A stretch of DNA of 64,000 nucleotides, from positions 1,612,001 to 1,676,000 of the forward strand of contig CM039007.1 in the NCBI GenBank assembly GCA_017499595.2, written 5' to 3'. Below, in pieces: positions 1-12,871 of this stretch; the first letter of the stretch is position 1, and each line of letters starts with the position of its first letter. The position numbers and the translations under genes are program-made. This DNA is from Psilocybe cubensis (lineage: Eukaryota). The notes under the pieces were generated by a model that worked only from the letters and a program-made list of their open reading frames with translations, was not told the origin of the DNA and made no database searches.

Positions 1-3000
1 GCTGGCTACGCAGCCTTCGGACTCTCAGGATCCGTCATATTTCCGTGAACAGCGCATTTCATTTTTTGCGTATTGGCTGGTGGCAGGCGAGTTGAACTGC
101 GGCGGTACGATCACGATGTTGGAAGGTGGAACCAAAAAAATTAGTCCGAGTCGAGTCGATCGAGTTTTGTTTCCTTACGGTACGTACACAGCTAGCCTTG
201 GTGTATCTCGTCGTAACTCAGTAGACTTGAGTACTGACGCGTTCGCCAGCAATATAGCAATATAACATGCTAATATACCATGTTAAAGTCGCTTAGAGTT
301 GTACAGCCTGAGGTTTACGGGTTTACGGACTTGTAAATGGATTCATTTTTTTTTTTGCTAAATTGTTCGTTCGTATCAACAGGAAGCAAGAAGCATGGGT
401 AAGAAGTACAATTGCACGATGATGCAACCGCCACCCACGCGTCACCGATTCGCCGTCATATCCCGGTCCCCTAAGATGACGATATGCAGACATCACTAAT
501 AGTAATAGTGCACTATGTGGACATCTGCACGACTGAGTTTCCTCACCACCGCACATCCTTCAAGCTTCTGCTTCAGTACTCAGTCCTGCTCACATCGACG
601 GCGACTAAGGCCATCGACGGCGATTAAAGGAAGCTCAGCCTCAGCCTTTATCTCAGTCTCAGCCTCATCATCAGCCTCAGCCTCAGCCTCATCCTCAAAA
701 CCTTGCCTGCTCGCTCGCGCGAAACGCAAATGAACCGGGCAACGGCTACTCAAAGAGTCAATAACCCAAAAACAAAGTGTGGATGTAGGACGGTTGTGCC
801 CGCTCTGTTCAGATCGCGGGGAGTATCTGTATCTGTACATATATACATAACATTACAGTTTCGAATTTATGCTTCTTGATTCTCGATTCTCGATTCTTGA
901 TCCGTCGCGAGTTCGCCTTCACCTTCTCGCTTCCCCCTCTCCCCTTCGACACCGTAAAACCCCTAAAAAGCAAAGAGCCTAGACCTGGGCCCTCGTCGAT
1001 ATCTTCCTATTCGGCCTGCTTACTGCCAAACCCAAACTACGTAAATCGTCTCGCCAGGCAGGTGTACATATGCTACTTATAAGGGTAGGGCCCAGGGGCA
1101 GGGCAGGGCAGGGCGCCACACTACACCATTTCAAGACGCTTCGTTTCTGGCTCTGGTTCTGGGCTGACTGGATATGTAATGATGATAATATGATGGATGA
1201 TGGATGATGGACTCATAAGATTTAAGAAGCACGGGGAGTGAGCCAGGCTGACTGTGCGCATTGCTATGAATGAAATCATGAAACCGGGATTGAAGTCGCC
1301 TGACAGTGCAAGTGTGAGTGCCATGCAGCCGATTCATTGATTCATTCCACTGTTATTACAATACCAGTCCACTGCTGTGCTATATTCGGATTTCGCATTT
1401 TTAAACCAACGGCCAAATTTAGGGAAACCAGAATGGGCCAGATTTTCGTCTTTTTCCTTTCAGCCTACCTAGTACCAATAACCTATAACAGTGCAATGGG
1501 TCACTGGACTGGAGTGGACTGTCTGGAAACTGGGACACTCCGTATGTCAGTAATTCATTCCATGCTCATCTTTTTTCACATTCTATTAAGTTGGCCATCG
1601 GCGCAAATTAAAAGTCCCTTGAGAGTGTGAAGCGTCGAGTAAAATAGCCCTTCCGCACTCCCCCTTTCAAATTTCTAGTATCGGAAGGAGGCCGTGAGTG
1701 TCATGAGACTATAAACAATTTTTTTTGCCCTTTCCAACAGTATGCCGACCAAGTTGAATGAAAAAGATCTCCTGACGCCGTAAATGAACAGCATGGAAAT
1801 TTGGGCGAGCTAGGAACAAGGAAGAAGTGAAAGTCGAAGTACCAGGTGAATGCTAGGAAGCCCCTTTCTCAAAGAAAGCATGCGGACATGGGTGACAAAC
1901 GGGAAAAAAAAAGAAAAAGATCTGCAGGCAACAACCGGCCTCTTTGTCAGGGCGGTGCATGTCTAACTTACGTGTAGAAAAAAGAAGAGCGTTGACAGGA
2001 TCGACTTGTTGCATCATCCTTACGCGGCTGGTTCACCGGGGTTCACAATGGATGGGGTACGCATAACTGTGGAGAGAACCAGAAACGAGCCAGACATTGA
2101 TAAGATCTTGACAGAACAAAAAACCCCAAGTGAGCTGCGGAGGGAGCGTGTCAGAGTAGAAGCGGTGAGGTTTACACTGGTGTGAGCGCGCACTTCAAAC
2201 CGACGCGCCTCTCGCATGATGGTCGCGAAGGAAAAAGACCGATGGACAGCCAGTGTAGGGAAATTCTTCTGGCGGGTGGTAATTAAATATAGGCGGGTAT
2301 TGAAAAGAACGGTTTTGCGAAATGCAAAAGGTCTATTGATACACCATGGCATGTGTCGGTATTCACTAGTCGCTGCTCGGTATCAATTGTAATAAATAGA
2401 GACCCTACCCCAGATTTCATAACGAGTCATACCGTCGTCGCATATGCTATCATATTGGAGCATTCGAAGCAGATGTATACCATGGATAGATGCATACAAC
2501 ACACGCCCAGGATATCAGGTGGCAGGACTCATCATTCACCAGTATGCCAGCTGAAGATCTTCGAGAGAAGAAACCAGAAGAACAGACGACACTCGGCGGC
2601 GGGTGTTATTTCCGGGAGACGAGACAGGCGGGTGGTGTGGCTGACTTGGCTGATTGACGAGATTTGGGTAAATGATGCATACGGCTCATGAAGGAAACGA
2701 AGGGTCGGGTGTTCCTATAAGTAGCCTCACTAGAGGCTCCGAGACACTCAGCTCTTGACTTCAACTGACATGTCATGTCAAAGGTGGGAGTGCAGGGCCT
2801 GTTATCGAAAATAGCGGTAGAGGACCGGTGTAAGATTGACACAATGTCTGTATCTGGGCTCTTACGGCCTGAAAGCGAACTTATCCAATTGCGCGGACGT
2901 CTGCAAGGCTATGTTTTTTTGAAAGCATGATCTGTCAAAGAACGTCCCCATTACGAGTCGTTTATGACGTCGCCCTAGATGGTCATAGTTCGGCTGATGC

Positions 3001-3768
3001 TTATAGACATTTAAGGAAACCAAAAGTACACGGTCCGATGTCCACGTAGGTGAAGGGAGGTGTACAGCAGAGCGACTACCCGTCAAGGGAGTATGTAACT
3101 TGTATAACCTGTCCAAGATATTCAGACTAGAAGAGCCGATACAGGGATTCCTTGACGGCGTGGGTGTCGCGCCAAGGTACCATGCAGAAAATTTGCACAA
3201 TGAAGTGGCCCATTACACCCTCTGAAGAGTTTAGAAGTCATTATAGCTCTTGTATGAGGCTATGTCCCTACCGTCAATGAACGACACCTGTCATGCAGTA
3301 ATATAGACATTAAAAGGAATGAAGAGTGAGTTGAGCTTTGGAAGGAGTCGATGGCCGGTGTGTTGTAAGTCAAGTTGTTGTTGGACAACTGCAGAATGCA
3401 ACATGCACGTTGCCATCATTTTTGCAAATAGGGTTAAGTTCAATCTCCGAACCTTCGGCACAGACGGCTGTTATGTTCCTGACCTGCTGTTCTGGAGAAT
3501 CGGAGCACAATGTTCAACAAAACTTGTATAAATGTCAAGTAAGGAACCTCTGTGCTACAGATTCTTCGTATAGCTTGAATTCTTCAGATGCCAGATTCAT
3601 TCGTACATTTTACGTCCAAGTGGAGGTTATGGTCTCGAAGCACGTGAACTTATCGCGGGTGCGGCGATGACTCTGACCGCTGCGACTCTTTCGTTGAACA
3701 CGCACTAGTACCTCGCTCCTCCTCCCTTATTACCACTCAGCGCCCCCTAAATCTACAAATATACTGCG

Positions 3769-4999
3769 ATGCCAGACACAAAGTTTGATAACGATGTCGC
3801 TCAGTTCTGCGCGGTAACAGGTGCCTCGTATGTGCTTTGATACTTGCATTCCACGGGTTCACGATCTCGAACTGATCTTGACGTCTGATCAGGGCAAAAG
3901 ATGCTAGAAAGTTCATGGAGGCACACAAGAGATTAGACATCGCCATTGACGCTTTCTACACGAATCCGAAAGCTTTCGCGAGCTCGGCGCGTCGGAAAGG
4001 AGATTCAACTGTACCATCATCAAGCAAATTAAACCAACTATTCGACAAGTACAAAGGTTTAGAAGGCGATATTCTACGATGAAAATACACGCTTATATTA
4101 TATTTGTAACAGATCCAGAAGATGAGAACATCACAGTAGACGGAACAATCAAGTTTTGTGAAGACCTGGAAGTCGACCCAGAAGATGTTGTGTTATTAGC
4201 CATCGCATATGAACTAAAGTCGCCGAGAATGGGGCAATGGACAAGGGCAGGATGGGTAGATGGATGGAAAGCTGTTGGGTAAGTACATCTTTTCTTATCT
4301 CATATATCCACCGTTGCATTTATTTTACAAACGAACTGACCCTATCAACAGAGCCGATTCAATATCAGGAATGAAATATGCTCTTACAAGATTGAGAGAT
4401 CAGCTCGCATCAGACCCCAGATATTTCCAGAAGGTGTATAACCATACATTTGACTTCGCCCGCTCAGAAGGACAACGTAGTCTCGGTAAGCTACAACGTC
4501 CGTTTGCCTTGGGTAGAAAAATGCCAATATACGATTACAATCACACAGGTCTTGAGACTGCCCAGGCTTTTTGGGGTCTTCTTCTTCCACACGGATTTCA
4601 AGGGGGGGCACTCTCTCGAGCTAATGACGACGATAATGATGTCAAGATGGACGGAGATGAAGGTTGGAAAAAAGAGTATTTGCAGTGGTGGTTCGACTTC
4701 ATGAACCAAAAGGGCCTAAAAGGCGTCAGCAAGGATACATGGGTTATGGTATGTTATCAACTTGTGTCTTTTCTTAGTAAACATAAATTCGTTGTGTCTT
4801 ACTTTTCTACAGTTCCTTGATTTTATCAGGTCTACCAACTCCACATTTTCAAACTATGATATGGAAGGTTCGTTCGTTTTCTCAGATTCCCAGGAAGAAC
4901 TTCGGTAACTGATGGTCAATTTCCTTTGTAGCCGCTTGGCCATCTACCATTGACGATTTCGTAGAGTACGCAAAGCATCGGTTAGCATCAGGCGCGTGA
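3769..4999 (+). CDS. DCN1: DCN1-like protein (defective in cullin neddylation; UBA-like N-terminus + PONY domain), multi-exon
   Basis: Spliced reading MPDTKFDNDVAQFCAVTGA...ITVDGTIKFCEDLEVDPEDVVLLAIAYELKSPRMGQWTRAGWVDGW...FQKVYNHTFDFARSEGQRSL...KGVSKDTW...AAWPSTIDDFVEY matches DCN1 family motifs; GT-AG introns. Confidence 0.92.
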
Positions 5000-7900
5000 A
5001 GCCTTGTTCTTTTCCTTGCCAACCACGGTCGTTTTACGGCTCCAGTTTCTAGAGCACATCTTGTGTACTTAGTCCCATCTGTATCCCATGCAATTTTGAT
5101 TATTCGATATATTCCACGGCCAACGGATCATATATAAAGGGCACGAACGCATTGTTTTTAATCATATCAGGACGGAATCAGGAATGATTCACACCCACGG
5201 AGTTGGTCCTTCATCATATACCTGCGGGGTGTGTGACTTGCCCTTCAGGGCGTGATTGGATGCAGTATGAGGTGGAACGGATGTTGTCATATTTAACTCC
5301 TTTGCCGCACGGTATGCATAATGCCAAAGGCATTTACTCACGACAAGCCTGGGAAGCCTGAGCTTCCTGCAGGCGAGTCCACTACGGGATGGGGATACGG
5401 GGATAGAAGCCAGGAACACGGCCCGAAAGGTGTTTGATGTCTGCTCAGTTTGTAACGACATCATCGAAATCGCTTTCTTTGGGATGAAGAACAGCTAGCC
5501 GAAAAAACAGACACAGACTTCCTGGCATTCTAAAAATTCAGAAACCTCACCCGTGTTATCGGAAACCAATGGCTAATATTAACACCCCTCTAATCCCACG
5601 GGCTTTGCATATGGCGGTGAAGAGGTTCGAGCTCTTTTCAATTCAGTTCACAAAGACAATCATCATATGTGATGAGATGGGAGTCGGGATAAGGCCTCTG
5701 GCAGACATTAGACATCAGTTTGGTTCTACCTCTCTCCCGTCTACTGGTTCCCGCCCGACCCCGCCGTACACATTGGAATCACTCGTGATAAGAAAAATGG
5801 CTCATCTGACGCTTCGTGTGTGTGCGTAAAAGCGGATCCTCTACAGTGCCGATCGGCCCTCTTGAAAACATGAAATTTGGCAAAATACTGAGTAGGTTCA
5901 AATCTTTATCTTCTTTTCAAGAATTTTGGATAAAACCTTTTTTTGACTCCAGCTAGGCAGTGCACATTGAAATCAATTAATTGATCGTGGAGTAGTTAGC
6001 AACAATAGGTTATTCTTTCCTTGGAGAAAAATTTTAATGAATGAACGAGTCGTAACCTATTCTAAACGTAGGTAGCATGAATTACCAAGCCAATCGACTC
6101 ACGTAAATCGCTCGTTAGCCCGCAAAGGCTCCTCTAATGAAGCGCCACCAATTGAGACACCCAATTGCTAGTTGCTTCAAATTTTGAGACTAGTAGAGTT
6201 CGATTAAAGATCAACGCTACCTGGAGCTAAACCAGTAGTGATCTGTATCCAAGCATCAGACAATACATAGCAACAAAAGCAACATTGGCGGAAATGGTTG
6301 CGATTTCATTCGACGGTATTAAAATCTGCGTACACACACACGTAAGCCATAAGTTACAGAGCCAGCTTAACACCACATACCATTAAGCATCTATCAGGGA
6401 GCAAGCCACGATGGTTCCAAAAAACGATGCTATGGGCCCGGCGTGTCAATTCAACCCGACATGGGTTTGGTGAAGAAGAATCCCGCGATGGTACATAGAT
6501 GTTTGGATGAGGATGTTTTATGTGTCCCAAATTGCTGGAAATGAAGGTAGTGAGACCAAAACAACAAACTTGGGAGATGAAGTCTCTATATGTCTTAGTT
6601 TTCTTCAAAAGGTCCATGGTGAGCCAAAACAGTACAGGTTGAGCGATTTGAGGAGTGAAAAATTTGGTACAAAAAGGGGCCTATGTTATTGAGGATGCTG
6701 GATGTTCTGAAGTCTCAAAGAGTGTGGTAAGCTCCGAAATGGGCGGGTGGGGACTCTAAGGAGCAATGTACAGGTCAAGGCATAACCTAGTTAATTAATC
6801 GATTGGTTCGTTTGACGATAGTCCGCAAGAACAGTGAACGATTGATTTCATCTTTATATTTATTATCCCTGAGGACGTGAAGGTGAATTTTGTCGACGTT
6901 TTGACAAGAATATAGGACTGTCAAGCCAAATTGCTGGTTGGGTTTTTCAATTGCATGCTTCAGATAGCCCAAAATGAGAAGTTGAATGGGCACAGGAAGG
7001 CAAGACGTGGGGAGGCAGTGACCTATAATTAATAAGGCCAGGAGCTTAATGAATGCAGAAACGAGATGCTGACCTCTCTTGGCCTCCACCTTGACGTACT
7101 CGTACAGTGTAAATCCGGATTACATCGGCGAGGAGCAGTAGAATTTCCATGAGACTCTTGTGATAATTGTCAGATCGTGGTAACCGCCGCTGTTGATTAT
7201 CGGCATACGAAGACAAGAAGGATATGCCAGTGACGAGAGTGTGCCTTTGCTCCTGCCGGAAATGTGGTCTAGGCTGGATGAGGCGAGAGACAAAATCGAT
7301 TGCGTGCCAGTTGTAGGGGTCCACCAGGTCCAGTTAAGTGTCAAATACTCAGGCATCGAAGCAGAGCCTTTCTGATATAGCACAATCCACAAGTTCAGGT
7401 GATGAAGCAGATAAATCTGGGATTCGAAGTGGGTTATATCATGCGGCTGGTAAAAGCATCCTTCTATGGGGATGTATCCAAAATGGTCAAGGAGATTGCT
7501 TCAGATACAACATAAGGATCGAGTGCAATTCAGTGACAGCGGACTGACCGCCAGATGGGCAGGTGTTATCCGACGATGGACGACGTGTCTGTCACCCAAA
7601 AAGACAACATGGTGCTCCATGATGCCTAACCAGAAGAGCCGCTAGAATGATTATGAGGCTGTGATATTCCCTCGAGCACCGGGAAGGTAAGAATGTCCGT
7701 ACCTTGCATTCGGTTTGTGCCAAAATTTCTAAGCATCGCGTAGTACATTTTCCTCATGTCCAGTGTCTGTACGTACCGGAGCCTGGCCGGAGCGGCCTTT
7801 CCCATAAATTCCGACCGCCTCCCTAAAGACTCCGAAATTATGGAAGGTACTTAAGGACAAATAGAAAGAATAACCTGCCTGTCAATTTCAGCGTCAGTCA

Positions 7901-9173
7901 GAGGAATAAATTCCCCAGTAGGAGAGTGTGGATGATCGAATGTACGAATTTATCCTAGCTCATCATCCTGGATTCCTTGAGGAGCTGTTGCTTCCGGGCA
8001 CAAGATATTTTGTACGCTAGCATATAGCGATGATGCGGTCGCGGTTGTGACTGTTTCGATGTAGGTTAATTAAGCATGTTATCATGTTCTTTACCAGAGT
8101 TCTGTACGTACCGTGCGCGCCTGGACTTGAATCTAATATTCGAAGTTTGGTAAGCATTGATGGCGTTCGTGGCAAGACAAGCGCGAAGCCGATAATAGCG
8201 CCACTGTTCATGCCCCGTGGGGATCTAAGCAGGTTCGGTAGACGCCTAGTCTGCGATTGTGCTGCCAAAACACTAACCGCAAACACTGTTCACTATGATC
8301 TAAAGTGGATGTTTTGTTTATTTGCATCTGTGACGTTTAACTCTCTTGTTGAACGCTCTGCAGGCATGCAGGATGGGACCCTGTACCATGACCTCGCGAA
8401 TAAGCCTCGTCCCAGAATTTTGGTGCCCTCGGACACCCGACCCTGTCTCTTGAGGAAACGGCCAAAGATATCCTGAGCGCCGTATTTAGTTTCCAGGGAT
8501 ATATTTATTTCCTAGTGTTCTGATAGAGAGCAAGTTAGATTGTCACAAACATCTAAAAGTAAACCGTCTGAGAACGTATGGATGGGGCAATGATTGAATA
8601 AACTGGTACCACTTACTATTATTTACTGAGGTTTCGTTCCAATGCACACATAGTTTCCAACGGTGAATAAGGAAGATTCTGGTTCTTTCGAAGCACTTCT
8701 GTTCGTTCTGCATGGATAGTTAGCAAATCATCAGAAAGCAGAAATGAATGTATGAAAAAATTGAACTCATATAATGGCGTCAATTTTAATTACCAAAATT
8801 GACCAAAACCTTATTTCTCACGGGATTTGTGGAAGTGCGGGAATTCCCGAATACTGTTGGTCCTCGGTCGTTGAGTCACCTTCATCGATGTTGATCCTTT
8901 TGTTTGAGGCACAATGCTAGATCGTCATCCTATTCACTTTCCAGTCGCACGAGCTAATTTCAACAACAAACATATCTGCATTTATTATCAGCGATTCGAG
9001 ACCAATATTTGTCTATGGATATCGATTTGTCTGATAACTTGATGCAGCGGTGTCAGATTCTTCGTGTCGGAAGTTCATGACGTTGAAACAGTGTCGCAAA
9101 GTTCAGCGCAATATATCTAGGAATCCTACAAGTCAGTATCTTCTTCCACGCTGCACCCACCAACCTCTTTGAC

Positions 9174-10706
9174 ATGTCTTCTATCCCCACCACAACGCAA
9201 CAGTACACCCTCACAGAGGTTTGTTGTAGAACATATTACACCAATTCCGAGGTATACTAATCATTATTCAAGTGGGGAGTTACAAAAACCTCAAAAAGGC
9301 TGAGGCCACTATCTCTAAAACAAAGGCAAATGAGGTCTTAGTTAAAGTACACGCCGTGTCCCTCCAGGTTCGTTTTTTCTCAAAAGTGTCTCTTGTCCAT
9401 GTCATGACGATAGGAACCAGTACCGGGACTTATCCATGGCAGTTGGTACATATGACGTTGGGTGAGAGTTTATCACATCGTGTAATGGCGAACAGATTTC
9501 AACGAAAAATATATTATCACAGGTATAAGGGGGTAGTTCCTTGCTCGGACATGGCAGGAGAAATCATCGCCGTCGGCGAAGACGTAAAAAAATGGACGCA
9601 GGGTGCGAGAGTCTGCAAATTTTTCCACCGACCACCTTTTTGGGGACACACATCATCCAAACTTCTTTGGGTGCCCAGTCAGATGGTGTCTTGACTCAAT
9701 ATAGAAATTTCCCAGCGCATGTAAACGATCACGTCCCTCTGTAGTCTCTATACGTCTGACACATTTGCAGTGTCTGGTAGCCATCCCAGAACACTTGTAC
9801 TACGAGGAAGCTCCGACACTTCCGTAAGTGATTCTGCTCTTTGGGATGCAGCCGTGACAAATTGTGTACCAGATGCGCTGGACTCACAGCTTACAATGCA
9901 CTTCGTGGCCCAGTACCTATCAAAGCGGGAGATACTGTCCTTGTTCTAGGTACGGGTGGAGTCTCTATGTCAGTGATCTAACCTGCTGTCTTGACCTTCT
10001 CATATGCTGAAAGGTTTCGTTGTAGTTTTGCGTTACAGTTCGCTGTCGCTTCTGGGGCCACTGTGATAGCCACTTCATCCTCGAACGAGAAACTCGCAGA
10101 AGCCACTAAACTTGGAGCGAAGCACACTATTAATTACACAAACAAGCCTGAATGGGATAAAGAGGTTCTTGAACTGGTGAGCACTCAGTGGATATGTAGT
10201 TGTTCTCATATTATCTAATACTTTACTAGACCAATAAAGTCGGTGTTGATTTTGTCATAGAGGTTGGTGGTCAAGGCACCTTACCCAGGTCGCTCAACGC
10301 CGTAAGAATCGGTGGTTCTGTGGCAGCCATAGGATTTTTATCTAAGGTGCGAATCGATATTATACAACAAATGAATGCAATTCTCAATTCGTATTGCACA
10401 ATTAGGATACTAGCGGCCTTGATTTTGTACTTCCTGTTATCATGAAATCGATTTTGGTTAGAGGTGTCTACATTGGGCCCGTCTCGGAGTAAGACCATCA
10501 TACTCTTCCGTTGATATCAGGAAGATTGACTGATCCAATGTACTGTTCAATACAGGTTCATCAATATGAACCGTCTTATTGAAGCTAACCCCGAAAAAAC
10601 CAGACCTGTAATAAACAAGGTCTTCAATTTCGACCAGGCTGTCGATGCTTATGCTTACTTGAAAAGTCAACAACATGTCGGCAAGATTGTCATCAAGGTT
10701 GCGTGA
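9174..10706 (+). pseudogene. Zinc-type alcohol dehydrogenase-like (MDR superfamily) oxidoreductase, frameshifted in one exon
   Basis: Motifs VLVKVHAVSL, VVPCSDMAGEIIAVG, VLVLGTGGVS, GATVIATSSS, HVGKIVIKV. Exon ~9523-9720 needs two frame changes (~9617 and ~9651) to read VC-NFSTDHLFGDT-IIQTSLGAQSDGVLTQYR; the net frame is broken. Confidence 0.75.
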
Positions 10707-11076
10707 TTCTGGACGCGACATCTTCGCTCTCACGCGGGACCTACGATTTTAGGACCACCACTTGTAACTTGCACTGATATCTGCGCTAGTCTTTAATCAT
10801 GCCGACTTTCATTAAATTAATTGCATTTATAAGACTTGCTATGTTGTTTATTGAATATTAGGTATCTTACCGTGCTCGTGTTCATTGAACCTTTAAACGT
10901 TTGTGTTTTAACTCCTAATGGCCACATTCGCCAAGCCTTGCTTAGTTGCGCCAAGTCATGTTGCCATCTTAAAATGTCTTCCAACTTGATCCCAAACAGC
11001 CTCCGGCACTGATTCTTGAACGTCCAACTGCTCTGTGTATACCTTTTACATACCCTAATACCGCAAATAAAGCCAC

Positions 11077-12411
11077 ATGGACCCTGCAGCCGTGAACTGG
11101 AACGTTACAATCGATGATTTCGACAGCATTCTCACCTACGACGACCAATCCGTTTGGATAACGCCAGATCCATCGGTACCAAACTTTGACCCAACCAACT
11201 CGCCTTGGCTAAGAGGAACATTTCATCAAACAACAACCAAGGGCGCTTCTGTCAGTTTGAACATCACAGGTTGGTTCTTGGTGTTTCTTTGTATCTGTAG
11301 TAATCCGTTCATCTTCACGAGTCTTTAGGACCTGCCCTCTACATCTATGGAAGCACAGGGCCAGCCTTTGGGTCATACGAAGTTCAGATCGACTCAACCG
11401 TCCTACGCTACAGCGCGTATAGCGAAACATCCAAGAATGTTTCGACTCTGTTATTCGCTGCTTCAAACTTGACGTTTGCAAACCACAACGTCGTCCTGCG
11501 GAACATAGGAGCACAAGTAGATGCAGGCGACAAAGGGGGGGATGGATTCTTGTTGGATTATATTCAATCCACTATCCAACTTGCACCAGCAGGGTTGGTT
11601 CTCTTTTGTTGTATCGCGCGATCACATTATACTAACACGCTACTACATTATCAGCTCGACCGTGAAGAACGTCACGTTTGAAGAGACTGATCCTGCAATT
11701 AACTACACGGGCGTATGGGGGCACAATACCAGTCCAGCGTTTAGCGGCGGAGGGTCTACATTCACCAGTGGAGACGGCGCGTCGTTCTCCTTTTCATTCC
11801 ACGGTCCGTTCCATTCAGACATTGACCCTGGCGGGACAGCTTTACAATTACGCATATAGGATCTGCAATCTATGTTCTGGGAGACAAAAAGAACGACCAC
11901 CGTCTATACAGTGTCGTGCTGGATGATCAACCGGCTGTGACCTTGAATGGCATATCTGGTTGCGGAGGCGCCTTTGGTCTGACTTGCGAACAACAAGCAC
12001 CCTCTATCAAATACCTAGCCTCCAACTTGGACGGATCCGAGCACAAGCTCACTCTTATAAACCACGCCAATGTCAATACGTCTTTCTTCGGTGTGTGCTA
12101 CACGTTTCATAATTAAATTCTTCGCCATCACTGACCTTTGCTGAGTAGACTTGGATAGTATTGTGGTAACAGTCCCCTCTCAATATGCCCCACGTCAGCT
12201 CGCTTCAGGGTCGTCATCTCCATTCACAAATACCACAGCATCAAGTCCAACGACTTCGTCAACGTTAAGTGCGACTGATGCCAATACGACGTCTGGTCCT
12301 GGATCCAATACAAGTGCGGCACTGTCATTATTCTCAACGATGACCAACCCAATACTTTTCCTGGCTTTTACTCTCTTATTCCTCTTCCGCACGTCAACCC
12401 GCGGCCATTGA
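11077..12411 (+). CDS. Uncharacterised cell-surface protein: two galactose-binding-like beta-sandwich repeats, Ser/Thr linker, hydrophobic C-terminal (GPI/TM-like) tail
   Basis: Repeats NVTIDDFDSILTY...W and NVTFEETDPAINYTGVW...SFSFSFHG...LDSIVVT; S/T-rich stretch; C-terminal NPILFLAFTLLFLF. No clear signal peptide at the ATG, so the start is uncertain. Confidence 0.7.
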
Positions 12412-12871
12412 CCATCAACATGTATAACCAATGCTAGCATGATTGCACACTTATCACGTCTCATATATGTCAATAAGCGATGCAGAAAATTATCACAGCT
12501 CTGGACCGTATTACCAAGGCTATATATTACAAAAGACAGGAATTGAATATTGACTAACACTGTCAGTGTACTCCAACTAGCGCGACACCAGCTAGGTATA
12601 TGAATTGAAGAAACGATACTGTATGTACGTGTGTGGGGGAATACAAAGATATGTCAACAGTGAGGAAAGGCGAAACATATGTAAAATAATAACCCGAGCA
12701 TGCTACATACTACAACATTGAGAAACGTAAAAATCTATAGGATATCACAGATTCAACTGGAACTGAAAATGGAAATAATTGTATTAAAATGTCGAATGTC
12801 AGAGTAGAAATTTGAAAGAAAATGACACAGACAAAAGAAAAACGAACGCTAAGGTGAATCACCGTGGTTTA

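Noticed and set aside
2020-3200. Several 78-112 aa ORFs
   Set aside because: No recognisable motifs or consistent exon structure.
6354-7620. Minus-strand ORF fragments that might be a decayed gene
   Set aside because: In-frame stops and no identifiable family; cannot be supported.
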